The notes below the pieces were generated by a model, which did not search any database, was not told where the DNA came from, and saw nothing but the letters and a program-made list of their open reading frames with translations. Of a stretch of 64,000 bases of DNA, positions 54,782 through 64,000 are shown one piece after another (within the stretch, counting starts at the first letter, position 1; each line of letters starts with the position of its first letter). Origin of the DNA: Candidatus Methylomirabilota bacterium (lineage in GTDB: Bacteria; Methylomirabilota; Methylomirabilia; Rokubacteriales; CSP1-6); NCBI GenBank assembly GCA_036002485.1, contig DASYTI010000107.1:37783-101782 (forward strand), written 5' to 3'. The translations under genes were made by a program, and so were the position numbers.

Positions 54782-55881
54782 GGCCGACCTGCCGTTCGTG
54801 GCCTGGTGACCGGGGGGCTGGGCGCATTCCGCTCGTACGCCCGGAGCTCGGGCCGACGTCGAAGATCCCGGCGGACCCCGCGCCGCCCGATCGACTCGAC
54901 GATCAAGCTCGCCAGCTTGCCGCTGCGCCGCCAGCCCAGCCTCCTCTGTGTCTTTTTCGCGACCCACTCCCAGGCGAGCCGACGGTGACCGGTCAGCCAT
55001 CGGTAGTGATCGCCGATCCACCAGTCGTCCGCCGGGATGTCCCATCGCTCACGAAAGCAGGCGAGGCTGATCCGATTCCACGCGTCACTCCAGCGGAGGA
55101 GAAAGTAGGGCAGATCCGACCAGAGGAAAGGGGGCGGCTGCTGATTCGAGACCAGAGCGGCCGGTTCGAGGTACACCGGATACCCCGCGTCGCGGAGCTG
55201 GAGACAGATGTTCAGGCTCTCGGCGCAGCTCAGGTAGCGCGGATCCTGGTGGCCGAACTTGTCGAACGTCTCGGACCTGAGCAGCATGCAATGATACTCG
55301 ACCAGCTCGGTCGGCTCACGGCGCAGATGGTCCTGCACCTCCGTGACGAGCTGCTGAGGAAAGCGGTGCTCCTCGTAGAACGCGCGCCGTCCGTTGTTCT
55401 CGCGGATATGGGCGAGGCCCCCGGCCATGTGGATGATCCCCAGCGCGGGGTTCTCGTTGCAATACAGCGGGCCCACGGCCCAGGCCTCCGTCTCGTCGGC
55501 GCATTCCACGAGCCGGTCGAGCCAGCCGGGCGTCACCACCACGTCATTGTCGATGAAGCACACGTACTCCGTGTCGACGTGCGGGAGGGCGAGGGCACGT
55601 GCTTCGGTCGGCGAGAGGTAGTGGTCCGTCCGCACCAGGGAGAAGCCGCGTTGACGGGACCGGGCCTGGAGATATCGGCGAGTGGAGGGCGGAGAGCCGC
55701 CGTCCACGTAGACGAGCTTGTAGGGGAGCGCGGTATGCGCACAGATGCTCTCGAGCGCTGGTCTGGTCACGCGAAACTGCTCGCGGGGCACGACCACGAC
55801 CGTGGTGCGGATGTCAGTCACGGCGCCCTCCGGCGCTTGGTGATGCCATGAGCCGCGCTGCCTTTCGACATCAGACGTCAT
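54778..55881 (-). CDS. Glycosyltransferase (GT2-like)
   Basis: Contains TTVVVVPREQF...LVYVDGGSPPSTRRYL...VCFIDNDVVVTPGWL. The start is uncertain (ATG at 55881 chosen; TTG at 55944 and ATG at 55935 are also in frame). Confidence 0.65.
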   Translation of the reverse strand: MTSDVERQRGSWHHQAPEGAVTDIRTTVVVVPREQFRVTRPALESICAHTALPYKLVYVDGGSPPSTRRYLQARSRQRGFSLVRTDHYLSPTEARALALPHVDTEYVCFIDNDVVVTPGWLDRLVECADETEAWAVGPLYCNENPALGIIHMAGGLAHIRENNGRRAFYEEHRFPQQLVTEVQDHLRREPTELVEYHCMLLRSETFDKFGHQDPRYLSCAESLNICLQLRDAGYPVYLEPAALVSNQQPPPFLWSDLPYFLLRWSDAWNRISLACFRERWDIPADDWWIGDHYRWLTGHRRLAWEWVAKKTQRRLGWRRSGKLASLIVESIGRRGVRRDLRRRPELRAYERNAPSPPVTRPRTAGRP

Positions 55882-56011
55882 GGGAGTGCAGTGGGTGTGC
55901 CAAAGGGCAGGTGACAAGAAATCCGATAGTTGCATCTCTGTCAACCGCCTGACGGCGCAAACTGTAAATTTCTCCGTCGGCCGGTCTTGAAGCGACTACG
56001 CTGGCATTTCT

Positions 56012-56371
56012 TCAAGACCTGGCGCCGAGAAGCAGGCCCGCTATGGCCGCCAACCCGCCCACGACAGAGAGCACGAAACCCACGCCGCCAATCCGGTACC
56101 ACCGGTAGATCCGACGGCGCTCCGCGTCGGTCAAATGGACGTGCAGCTCCGAGGGAGACATCCACCACCGGCGCGGCAGCGAGATCTTCGGCGAGACGAC
56201 ACGGTAGAGGATCACGTGATACCAGAAGCCTGTGGGAACGCCCACGGCGAGCCCGAGACACATGATGGCCATGGCGAACACGGTGATGAGGGGCGGCGTC
56301 ACCACGGTGACGAGCACGCCGACGAGCCCGACCGACACCACGGCGAGCAGGACCAGCGTGATCTCGAGCAC
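56012..56371 (-). CDS. Small hypothetical membrane protein
   Basis: 119 aa with a GTG start and high GC3. Two N-terminal TM helices and one C-terminal TM helix flank a basic segment (PRRWWMSPSELHVHLTDAERRRIYRWYR). Confidence 0.5.
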   Translation of the reverse strand: MLEITLVLLAVVSVGLVGVLVTVVTPPLITVFAMAIMCLGLAVGVPTGFWYHVILYRVVSPKISLPRRWWMSPSELHVHLTDAERRRIYRWYRIGGVGFVLSVVGGLAAIAGLLLGARS

Positions 56372-56504
56372 GGTCAGCGTCTCCTCTCAGCCCTCGCGAT
56401 CCACTCAGCCCTCGGCTCGCGCCTTCAGCGCTTACCTCGCACCGCCACACGCTCGTGCCTGCGGCAGCTCGGCCGCCCCTCATCTCGAAAATCAGGCCCG
56501 GCCG

Positions 56505-57242
56505 TCATTTCGTGCATTCGAGAAAAGTGATCGGAGAATGGTCCAGCAAGATCTTCCAGAACTCACGGCCGAAGGCCGCCTCGCCCTCCGGCGAAAGTCG
56601 CGGCGCATGCCAGTGAATCTGGCGGAACCCCGCTGACCGGAGCGCGTCCTCGTGGGTCGCCACCTCGAGGTGGTAGTTCTCGATCGAGAACGGTCCATCT
56701 TCCAGATAGAAAGTCCACGTGATGGGCGTGCCCTCGCACCACTCGTCCACCGTGGTCGTCTCGAAGCCGTACGGGCGGTAGGAGGGCGCCGCTCGAAAAT
56801 CCAGAGCCGGGTTCTGGTTGACCGTGACGAAGCGCCCGCCAGGGCGCAGGCAGCGCGAGATGCTCGCGCACATGGCCCCCAGCTCGGCGCGATCCCGCGC
56901 ATAGTTGAGCAGGTAGGCGGCCGCCACGATGTCTGGATTCGTGGGCAGCCTGAGGTCCCGGCCGTCGCCCACCTCATACTCGATGCCGAGACGATGCTCC
57001 TGCTCCTGGGCGCGGGCCAATTCGATCATCCGCCCCGAGAGATCGACCCCGAGAACTTTGGCCGCCCCGTGGGCGCGAAGCCGCCTCGTGTAGTAGCCGT
57101 CGCCGCAAGCCACGTCGACCACGGACTTGCCCGAGAGATCGCCCAGCAGGCTCATCAAACTGAACGACTCGACATACGTCCGCCACGGCTGAAGCTTCGC
57201 GCGCTTGTACTGCTCGGCGATCGGATCGTAGTCGGTGGTCAC
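56505..57242 (-). CDS. Class I SAM-dependent methyltransferase
   Basis: Contains VVDVACGDGYYTRRL and LGVDLSGRMIE. Start placed at the GTG at 57242, which has GGAGG 8 nt upstream (the track start at 57299 has none). Confidence 0.8.
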   Translation of the reverse strand: MTTDYDPIAEQYKRAKLQPWRTYVESFSLMSLLGDLSGKSVVDVACGDGYYTRRLRAHGAAKVLGVDLSGRMIELARAQEQEHRLGIEYEVGDGRDLRLPTNPDIVAAAYLLNYARDRAELGAMCASISRCLRPGGRFVTVNQNPALDFRAAPSYRPYGFETTTVDEWCEGTPITWTFYLEDGPFSIENYHLEVATHEDALRSAGFRQIHWHAPRLSPEGEAAFGREFWKILLDHSPITFLECTK

Positions 57243-57464
57243 GAGGCCTCCCTCCGTCCCTGATACAGGTGCCGCCGCGGCAAAGTCAATGCCGGGCACT
57301 GGGGCAAGTTGCGAGCCAGACGAGGCGCGAGCGGGCCGGCAGCCCGAGGCGTACGTGGGTGTACGTTGGGGGTTGCCGGCCCGCTCGCAACGAAGTATGG
57401 CGAAGCAAATTGGCCCAGTGCCGTGCGTTGCACGCCGCCCGGGCTGGTGCTACGGTGGGCGACC

Positions 57465-58904
57465 ATGAGCCCTGCATCCACGAGCCCGCTGCCCGTCCGA
57501 GAGACACTGGCTTTTGTTCAGCGCTGCTGGGAGGAGGACGTCCTTCCCGCGCTCACCCGCTACATCGAGATCCCCGCCAAGTCGCCGGCCTTCGATCCCG
57601 ACTGGTCCGCGCACGGCCACATCGACAAGGCGGTCGGTCTCATCGAGGGGTGGAGCCGGCGCCGGCCCATCGAAGGCCTCTCGATCGAGACCGTCCGTCT
57701 CCCCGGCCGCACGCCCGTGATCCTGATGGACGTGCCGGGGACGTCGCCCGAGACCATCCTGCTCTACGGCCACTGCGACAAGCAGCCCGAGATGATCGGG
57801 TGGGGCGAAGGCCTCGGGCCCTGGATGCCCGTGCGGCGGGGCGATCGCCTCTACGGCCGCGGGGCTCAGGACGACGGCTACGCGGCCTTCTGCGCCCTCA
57901 CGGCCATCGAGGCCGTGCAGCGGGCGGGCGCGCCGCACGCGCGGCTCATCGTGCTGATCGAGGCCAGCGAGGAGAGCGGCAGCCCCGATCTGCCCGCCTA
58001 CATGGAAGCCCGCGCGGCCAAGATCGGCGAGCCGGATCTCGTGATCTGTCTCGACTCCGGGTGCGGGAACTACGACCAGCTCTGGGGCACGACCTCGCTG
58101 CGCGGCGTGATCAGCGCGCTCCTCACCGTGGAAGTTCTGACGGAAGGCGTGCACTCCGGAGCGGCCAGTGGCATCGTGCCCTCGAGCTTCCGCATCGCGC
58201 GCCAGCTCCTTTCGCGGATCGAGGACGAGCGCACCGGCGCCCTCGCGCGGGATTTCCACGTCGAGGTGCCGCCGGCCCGCGCCGCGGAGGCGAAGGCGGT
58301 GGCCAGCGTCCTCACCGGAGAGATGGCCGAGCGCTTTCCCGTCGTTGACGGCATGCGCTACGCGCAGGACGATCCCGTGGCGCTCCTCCTCGCCAACACC
58401 TGGGAACCCGCCCTCGCCATCACCGGCGCCGCCGGCCTCCCCTCGCCCAAGGACGGCGGCAATGTGCTCCGCCCCTCGACCTCCCTCAAACTCTCCCTGC
58501 GCATCCCGCCCACGCTGGACGCCGCGCGGGCCGCCCGGCGGCTCAAGGAGATTCTCGAGGCCGATCCGCCCTATGGCGCTCGCGTGCGCTGCGAGACGGG
58601 CACCCCGTCGCCGGGCTGGGACGCGCCGGCCACCGAGCCCTGGCTGCTCGAAGCGGTGCAGGCCACGTCCGAGCGTTATTTCGAGCTTCCCGCCATGTTC
58701 AAGGGTCTGGGAGGCTCCATCCCGTTCATGGCCATGCTGGGTGAGCGCTTCCCGCGCGCGCAGTTTTTCATCACGGGAACGGGCGGCCCCGGCTCCAATG
58801 CCCACGGCCCCAACGAGTTCCTGCACGTGCCCTACGCCCAGCGCCTCACCGCCTGCGTGGCCGACCTGATCGCGGCGCACTACCGCGCGCGGCGAGGCAC
58901 GTAG
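57465..58904 (+). CDS. M20 family metallopeptidase (dipeptidase-like)
   Basis: ORF trimmed to the ATG at 57465. Contains LYGHCDKQPE, YGRGAQDDGY, IEASEESGSPDL and GGSIPFM. Confidence 0.85.
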   Translation: MSPASTSPLPVRETLAFVQRCWEEDVLPALTRYIEIPAKSPAFDPDWSAHGHIDKAVGLIEGWSRRRPIEGLSIETVRLPGRTPVILMDVPGTSPETILLYGHCDKQPEMIGWGEGLGPWMPVRRGDRLYGRGAQDDGYAAFCALTAIEAVQRAGAPHARLIVLIEASEESGSPDLPAYMEARAAKIGEPDLVICLDSGCGNYDQLWGTTSLRGVISALLTVEVLTEGVHSGAASGIVPSSFRIARQLLSRIEDERTGALARDFHVEVPPARAAEAKAVASVLTGEMAERFPVVDGMRYAQDDPVALLLANTWEPALAITGAAGLPSPKDGGNVLRPSTSLKLSLRIPPTLDAARAARRLKEILEADPPYGARVRCETGTPSPGWDAPATEPWLLEAVQATSERYFELPAMFKGLGGSIPFMAMLGERFPRAQFFITGTGGPGSNAHGPNEFLHVPYAQRLTACVADLIAAHYRARRGT

Positions 58905-58914
58905 GCCGAGCCGG

Positions 58915-59580
58915 TCAGCCGGCGAGCGAAGGCCCGCCCCAGCGCTCGCGCATCGCGAACTCGCCCACGGGCTTCCGCTTCAGCTTCGTCACGCGCCGCA
59001 CCGGGCGGCCGAGGGGCATGACCGTGCACACCGCGACGTGGGCGGGCAGGCCCAGCAGCTCCTGGATCTTGGCTTCCTGCGCGACGGCCAGCGTGGTGAT
59101 GGTGCCCCCGAAGCCTTCGTGGCGGGCGGCCATCAGGACATTCCAGGCGAAGGGGTAGATGGACGCGCCGCTGACGATGCCCACGCGCTTCAGCTCCTGG
59201 TCCGTGGAGGCGACGACCTTGAGGTCCACACCGATGACGAGCACCACCGGTGCCTTGGCGATCGACTCCGTCAGGTGCGGGGGAGCAGGGGTGCGCTCGA
59301 TGGTGGCGGCGTCCACACCGGGCGGGTCGATGGTGTTCCACGGATTCTCGCCGTTCTTCACCTGGGCGGTGTAGCGCTTGGCGGCGACGCCGCTCAGATC
59401 GGCCAGGGCGCGCTTGGTGTCGGGATCGCGGACGACGACGACCTTCCACCCCTGGCGGTTACCGCCGCTGGGGGCAAAGCGCGCATGGTCGAGTATCCTC
59501 ACCAGCGTCTCGTCGGGAAGCGGGTCGCCCGTGAACTCGCGCGCGGAAAACGTCGTACGCATCACGTCGTAGAGTTCCAT
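58915..59580 (-). CDS. Nitroreductase family protein
   Basis: 221 aa. Contains TTFSAREFTGDPLPDETLVRILDHARFAPSGGNRQGW. Confidence 0.85.
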   Translation of the reverse strand: MELYDVMRTTFSAREFTGDPLPDETLVRILDHARFAPSGGNRQGWKVVVVRDPDTKRALADLSGVAAKRYTAQVKNGENPWNTIDPPGVDAATIERTPAPPHLTESIAKAPVVLVIGVDLKVVASTDQELKRVGIVSGASIYPFAWNVLMAARHEGFGGTITTLAVAQEAKIQELLGLPAHVAVCTVMPLGRPVRRVTKLKRKPVGEFAMRERWGGPSLAG

Positions 59581-59726
59581 CAGTCCCTCCTCGAGCGCAG
59601 CGTGGTCCCCTCCGTCGGGCCCCGAGCATACCCGAGCCTTTGCCCGTGAGCGAGGCCGCGTGACGCTCGAGGAACACCGGGAAGATTTGGCCTCGGACTG
59701 GTAACTTGTTCTGTCAGGAGGGCACC

Positions 59727-60338
59727 ATGGCGGACACTTCTTCCCGCAAGCACTTCTCGATGATCCGCTCCTTTCACCTGGCTGATCTCTTCACCATCGC
59801 GAACGGCGTCTGCGGCGTCAGCGCGATCTTCCAGGCCATGAAGTATCTGAGCACGCACGACCCGCGCCACCTCTACCTGGGAGCCGTGCTGGTTCCCCTC
59901 GCCCTGATCTTCGACGTGCTCGACGGGCGAATTGCCCGCTGGCGCCACGCGGCCTCCCCCATGGGGCGCGAGCTGGACTCCCTTGCCGACGTGATCTCGT
60001 TCGGGGTCGCGCCCGCCGCGATCGCCTTTGCCGCTGGGGTCAACACCCGGGTGGATCAGCTGATCCTGCTCTTCTTCGCCATGTGCGGATTGAGCCGGCT
60101 GGCGCGCTACAACGTGACCGCGGAGAGCCTCTCGGACGAGAAGGGCAAGGTTGAATACTTCGAGGGCACGCCCATTCCCACGAGCGTGGTGCCGCTCGGC
60201 CTGCTCATGCTGGCGTTCTACAGCGGCAATCTGTATCCGATGGAGCTGGCCGGGGTTACCGGGCATGCCATCACGCTTCTCTTCCTGGTCTCCGGCGCGC
60301 TCATGATCAGCAAGACGCTGCGAATTCCCAAGCCCTAA
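59727..60338 (+). CDS. pssA: CDP-alcohol phosphatidyltransferase (phosphatidylserine synthase-like)
   Basis: ATG at 59727 with CAGGAGGG upstream. Motif DVLDGRIARWRHAASPMGRELDSLADVISFG (DGxxAR...G...D...D). Multi-TM. Confidence 0.75.
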   Translation: MADTSSRKHFSMIRSFHLADLFTIANGVCGVSAIFQAMKYLSTHDPRHLYLGAVLVPLALIFDVLDGRIARWRHAASPMGRELDSLADVISFGVAPAAIAFAAGVNTRVDQLILLFFAMCGLSRLARYNVTAESLSDEKGKVEYFEGTPIPTSVVPLGLLMLAFYSGNLYPMELAGVTGHAITLLFLVSGALMISKTLRIPKP

Positions 60339-60350
60339 GCCTTTCGCCGC

Positions 60351-60472
60351 CCCCCTCACCCTGCCCTCTCCCCCTCCGGGGCCGAGGGATCAAAACACAT
60401 CGTCTGTCCCTCCGGGGGCGCGATCAAAACACATCCCTCTCCCCCATCGGGGGAGAGGGCAGGATGAGGGGG
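60351..60472. repeat. Composite GC-rich hairpin repeat element (copy 6)
   Basis: Exact reverse-complement 24-mer at 60351-60374. Forward 24-mer with one mismatch at 60449-60472. Intact hairpin at 60435-60459. The left hairpin is degenerate (ggggccgaggg). Internal direct repeat gatcaaaacacatc occurs twice (60388 and 60422). Confidence 0.85.
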
Positions 60473-60510
60473 CAACGAGGCCGCACGCCCGGGCCTGTGA
60501 ATCGTTCGAG

Positions 60511-61614
60511 CTATGGCTGGGCGGTGGCCTGCGGGGCCATCGTGCGCAGCCGAGGCTTCACGGCCTGCCAGAGGCGGCCCAGGTAGACGCAGAGCACGAT
60601 GAGCGCGATATTCGCCGACCAGTAGAGGATCCAGTTGTTGAACCGCAGCCCCAGGGCGCGATGGATGAGCGTCTCCTCGATCAGCTGGTGAACGAAGTAG
60701 AGCACCAGCGCGGTCTGACCCAGCGTGACCAGCCAGGGCAGCTTCCACCCGCGCACCTCCATGAGCCAGTAGCAGATGGCGAGCAGCCACGCGTCGCCCG
60801 CGATGACGAGGAATGTCGTCACCCCGCGCGGCGTCCAGTAGTGGTTCAGGGCCCAGTCTCGCGGGAAACCAAAGCGCGGACTGGTCGGCATCCAGAACTC
60901 CCACGCATCATAGGCCAGGAGGAAAACCAGTCCCACCACGGCCGCGGTCGCGAAATATCGCTTCTCCGCCTTCGGGCCGCGGGCCCGCGCCTCGAGCCAC
61001 ACCCAGCCGAGCACGAGCCCGATGAGCGCGGCGCTCAGCCAGGGCCAGGGCGGAAAATCGCCGAAGAGCATGACGCCCACGACGGGATGAGCCGCGCTCC
61101 AGCGCGCGAGGGTCGGGCGTGACCAGCCGTACGAGAGATAGATGAGCACGGCCAGGGCCAGCAGCATCCAGCGCGCCCAGCGCCGGCGCAGCACCGGCAC
61201 GAGCGGTCCGAGCACGATGATGCCGAGCCCGATCGTCTGCAGCACGCCGCCGTGCCAGAATCGCTCCTCCGGCGGCACGGGGCCACGGGGCAGCATGATG
61301 ACATTGAGAACATACCCCGCGGCGATGATGCCGATTCCGCGCCGGAAGTACTTGCGCAGGTCCCCCAGGACACCCTCGCTCTCTCCGCGGCGATGATACG
61401 AGATGGGCAGGCAGAAGCCCACGAGAAAGAGAAAGATGGAGGCCGGCCAGATGAGGCTGCCGTAGACGAGATGATAGCGGGCCCACCCCATGGGCACGTC
61501 CATCCAGTCGCGGGACGTGTGATTGACGACCATGAGGATGATGGCGACGCCACGCAGGCCGTCGAGGAAGCTGAGCCGGCTCGCGATGGGGGGGCGTCGT
61601 TCCGCGGATGACAT
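60511..61614 (-). CDS. DUF1624 / heparan-alpha-glucosaminide N-acetyltransferase-like membrane acyltransferase
   Basis: Contains RLSFLDGLRGVAIILMVVNHT. About 9-10 TM segments. Start placed at the ATG at 61614 (the track start at 61650 is TTG). Confidence 0.7.
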   Translation of the reverse strand: MSSAERRPPIASRLSFLDGLRGVAIILMVVNHTSRDWMDVPMGWARYHLVYGSLIWPASIFLFLVGFCLPISYHRRGESEGVLGDLRKYFRRGIGIIAAGYVLNVIMLPRGPVPPEERFWHGGVLQTIGLGIIVLGPLVPVLRRRWARWMLLALAVLIYLSYGWSRPTLARWSAAHPVVGVMLFGDFPPWPWLSAALIGLVLGWVWLEARARGPKAEKRYFATAAVVGLVFLLAYDAWEFWMPTSPRFGFPRDWALNHYWTPRGVTTFLVIAGDAWLLAICYWLMEVRGWKLPWLVTLGQTALVLYFVHQLIEETLIHRALGLRFNNWILYWSANIALIVLCVYLGRLWQAVKPRLRTMAPQATAQP

Positions 61615-61719
61615 GGCGCCGATCGTGCCAGATCGCCACCGAGCGGTCAATCGAGCGGCATCGGTCTGCTATGATGCGGCCTCGCGGCTCACTGACCTCG
61701 AGCTTGCCCGGGAGAGTGG

Positions 61720-64000
61720 ATGTCCGACCGTACCGTTCCATCACGATTCGAGCGCAGCGGATCGACCGTCCGGTTTTACCATGACGGCGCGCTCGTGGCG
61801 GTCACCATCTGCACCTCGCGCATCGTCCGCATCGAGCTGGCCGATGAACGGGACGTGGCCGGTCCCTCGTACGTCGGCCCGCGGAGCTGGGCCGGCTCGC
61901 CCTTCGAGATCCTCGAAGGCGAGCGCATCCGTCTGTCCACGGCCCATCTCCAGGTCGAGACGTCGACGAGACCGGTGCGCCTCACCCTCTTCGACGCGGC
62001 GGGCGCGTGGCTGCTGAGAGAACCCGCGCACGGCGGAATGCTCTCGGAATCGGTGGGCGACACGCGCCGCCGCCTCCGCGCCTCCTTCGAGTTCTCCGAC
62101 GAGCAGCACTTCTACGGCCTGGGCCAGGGCGGACGGCAGCTCGACCGGCTCGGTATCGCCCGCCAGCTCTGGAACACGCATATCGGGCACGGGCCGGGGT
62201 CGGACATGGGCATCCCGCTCCTGGTGTCCAATCGCGGCTACGCGCTCTTCTTCGACAATACGAGCGATGCCATGCTCTCGGTGGGCCGGTCGGATGGCGG
62301 AGTCCGGATCACCTACACCGCCGAAGCCGGGCGGCTCGTGTGGTACTTCCTCATTGGCCGCGACCTACGTGGAGTCATGTTCGAAGTAGCCGAGCTGCTC
62401 GGCCGGCCGCCCCTCCCGCCCCGCTGGGCGCTGGGATTCCTCCAGTCGACCCGCCACTTCGACGACACCGAGGAGCTGCGTCGGCTTCCGCGGACGATTC
62501 GCGAGAAGCGAATTCCCTGCGACGGCCTCATCTATCTCTCGACCTACGGCGAGGCCCAGGGCTGGAACCGCGGCGTGGGCCATCTCGGCTTTCAGCCGTC
62601 GCTCTGGCGGGATCCGCCCGCGCTGATCGACGAGGCGAGGCAGCAGCACTTCGAGATCATCACTCACGAGTACCCCGTGCTCCACGAACAGTCGCCCCTC
62701 TTCGCCGAGGCCGAGGCCAACGGGTATCTGCTCGACGAGGGCTATGGCCGAGCGAGCGAGACCGCGCGGCGGAGCGCCAACTATCGCGAGGGCCAGCGCT
62801 ACCTGGACTTCTCGAACCCGGCCGTGGGCGCCTGGTGGTGGGCGGCCCACCGCGAGCTGGTCAAGCTCGGCGTCGCGGGCTGGTGGCTCGACGGGGGCGA
62901 GGGACCGCCCGCCACGGCCAAGCTCCACGCCGGTGAGGGCACGCTCCTCCACAACATCTACGACCGGTTCCGCCACGAGGCCTTCGCCGTCGGAGAGGCG
63001 GCCGATCGGCCCGACCAGCGCGTCTTCCTGCTCTGCCGCTCGGGGGGGGCGGGGATGCAGCGATTCGGGGCGACGTGCTGGTCGGGCGATATCAACAACG
63101 ACTTCGAGACGCTCGATGCGCAGATTCCCCTGGGGCTCAATACCGGCCTGTCCGGCGTGCCGTACTGGGGCACGGACGTGGGCGGCTTCTTCCATCCGGT
63201 GACGGAGACGGGCGAGCTCTATGCTCGCTGGTTCCAGCTCGGCGCCTTCAGCCCCATCTTCCGCTCCCACGGCTGGGTGTGGCGCGAGCACGTGCCGTGG
63301 GCGCACGGCGCGGAAGTGGAAAAGATCTGCCGCGACTACGCGGAGCTTCGCTACCGGCTCTTGCCGTACACGTACACGCTGGCATGGCAGGCGCACACGC
63401 TCGGTCTCCCGTTCATGCGTCCGCTCGTCCTAAACTATCCGGACGATCCCCGAGTCTGGCAGCTTGGCCACGAGTTCCTCTGGGGCGACGACCTGCTGGT
63501 GGCGCCTGTCACGCGCGAAGGCGCGCGGACATGGCCCGTCTATCTGCCCGCGGGTGGCTGGTACGATTTCTGGAGCGGCGCGCGGTACGAAGGGCCGGGC
63601 GGCATCACCCTCGATGCGCCGCTCGACCGGCTGCCGCTCCTGGTGCGCGCCGGGGCCATCGTGCCGCTGGGGCCCGTGGTCCAGCACACGGGTGAGCGGC
63701 CGCTCGACGAGATCACCCTGCTGGTCTATCCGGAAGGCGCATCCAGCTTCGAGCTCTACGAGGACGATGGCCGGTCGAATGCCTATCGCGAAGGTCATCG
63801 CGCGCTCACACGCTTCGAATGCGTGACGGGCCCGAAGGACGTGACGCTGAAAATCGGCGAACCCGTCGGGGATCGGTCGGTGGTGCCGGCGAACCGGCGC
63901 TATCTGATCCGTCTGCGGATGGACAGGGCGAGAGCGGTGGCCGTCGAGGGGCACGGGGTGTTGCCGCGAGGGTCAACTCCGACTGGAAACAGCGCCGCTT
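61720..64000 (+). CDS. Glycoside hydrolase family 31 (alpha-glucosidase/alpha-xylosidase-like), 3'-truncated by the window edge
   Basis: Not in the ORF track because there is no stop in the window. I read this frame by hand from the ATG at 61720 (GGGAGAG upstream), translating the 5' part and spot-checking several later segments (about 62881, 63421 and the 3' end), and saw no stop codon. Contains PRWALGFLQS, GVAGWWLDGGEGPP, YWGTDVGGF, ARWFQLGAFSPIFRSHG and PLVLNYPDDP. Confidence 0.85.
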   Translation, partial: MSDRTVPSRFERSGSTVRFYHDGALVAVTICTSRIVRIELADERDVAGPSYVGPRSWAGSPFEILEGERIRLSTAHLQVETSTRPVRLTLFDAAGAWLLREPAHGGMLSESVGDTRRRLRASFEFSDEQHFYGLGQGGRQLDRLGIARQLWNTHIGHGPGSDMGIPLLVSNRGYALFFDNTSDAMLSVGRSDGGVRITYTAEAGRLVWYFLIGRDLRGVMFEVAELLGRPPLPPRWALGFLQSTRHFDDTEELRRLPRTIREKRIPCDGLIYLSTYGEAQGWNRGVGHLGFQPSLWRDPPALIDEARQQHFEIITHEYPVLHEQSPLFAEAEANGYLLDEGYGRASETARRSANYREGQRYLDFSNPAVGAWWWAAHRELVKLGVAGWWLDGGEGPPATAKLHAGEGTLLHNIYDRFRHEAFAVGEAADRPDQRVFLLCRSGGAGMQRFGATCWSGDINNDFETLDAQIPLGLNTGLSGVPYWGTDVGGFFHPVTETGELYARWFQLGAFSPIFRSHGWVWREHVPWAHGAEVEKICRDYAELRYRLLPYTYTLAWQAHTLGLPFMRPLVLNYPDDPRVWQLGHEFLWGDDLLVAPVTREGARTWPVYLPAGGWYDFWSGARYEGPGGITLDAPLDRLPLLVRAGAIVPLGPVVQHTGERPLDEITLLVYPEGASSFELYEDDGRSNAYREGHRALTRFECVTGPKDVTLKIGEPVGDRSVVPANRRYLIRLRMDRARAVAVEGHGVLPRGSTPTGNSAA

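Noticed and set aside
52874-54988. 704-aa plus-strand ORF
   Set aside because: It is out of frame with dus and antisense to the GT2 gene, and its sequence is Arg/Gly/Pro-rich. The dus and GT2 frames carry clear family motifs.

Overview
High-GC (roughly two-thirds G+C by eye) bacterial chromosomal window that is densely coding. I found no rRNA, tRNA, CRISPR array, transposase or integrase. About 65 protein genes are supportable. Solute importers dominate: three Dpp/Opp-type peptide ABC loci, one with tandem paralogous binding proteins; two CUT1-type sugar ABC loci without ATPase genes; one orphan ABC_sub_bind-type binding protein; and two MFS transporters. These are interleaved with catabolic and redox enzymes: a CoA-transferase/crotonase/acyl-CoA dehydrogenase/MBL/HMG-CoA-lyase cluster, a TauD-family dioxygenase, a lyase_1-family enzyme, RidA, a PuuE-like deacetylase, a Baeyer-Villiger monooxygenase with a 2-keto-4-pentenoate hydratase, and several amidohydrolases. 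There are also housekeeping and envelope genes (mug, dus, a pssA-like gene, two GT2 glycosyltransferases, DUF1624, and a partial GH31). Most interesting observations: (1) An unannotated minus-strand glutaredoxin/NrdH-like gene at 43588-43827 has an in-frame TGA exactly at the first position of the CxxC redox motif (U-G-P-C), followed by a SECIS-like hairpin. It is translationally coupled (ATGA) to a ferredoxin:thioredoxin-reductase catalytic-subunit homolog, making it a candidate selenoprotein redox pair. (2) A GTGA-coupled winged-helix plus minimal nucleotidyltransferase pair (22305-23206) has an AT-rich, multi-palindrome operator-like region upstream, resembling an AbiE-like toxin-antitoxin or abortive-infection module. 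(3) A modular family of GC-rich hairpin repeats (REP/BIME- or MITE-like) occurs at six intergenic loci and shares an exact 24-mer in both orientations. (4) A lipoprotein is built from four tandem ~45-48-aa repeats with no family I recognise. Many long ORFs in the track are antisense or alternative-frame artefacts of the high GC content and were rejected. All functional calls come from motif recognition by eye; no database search was run.
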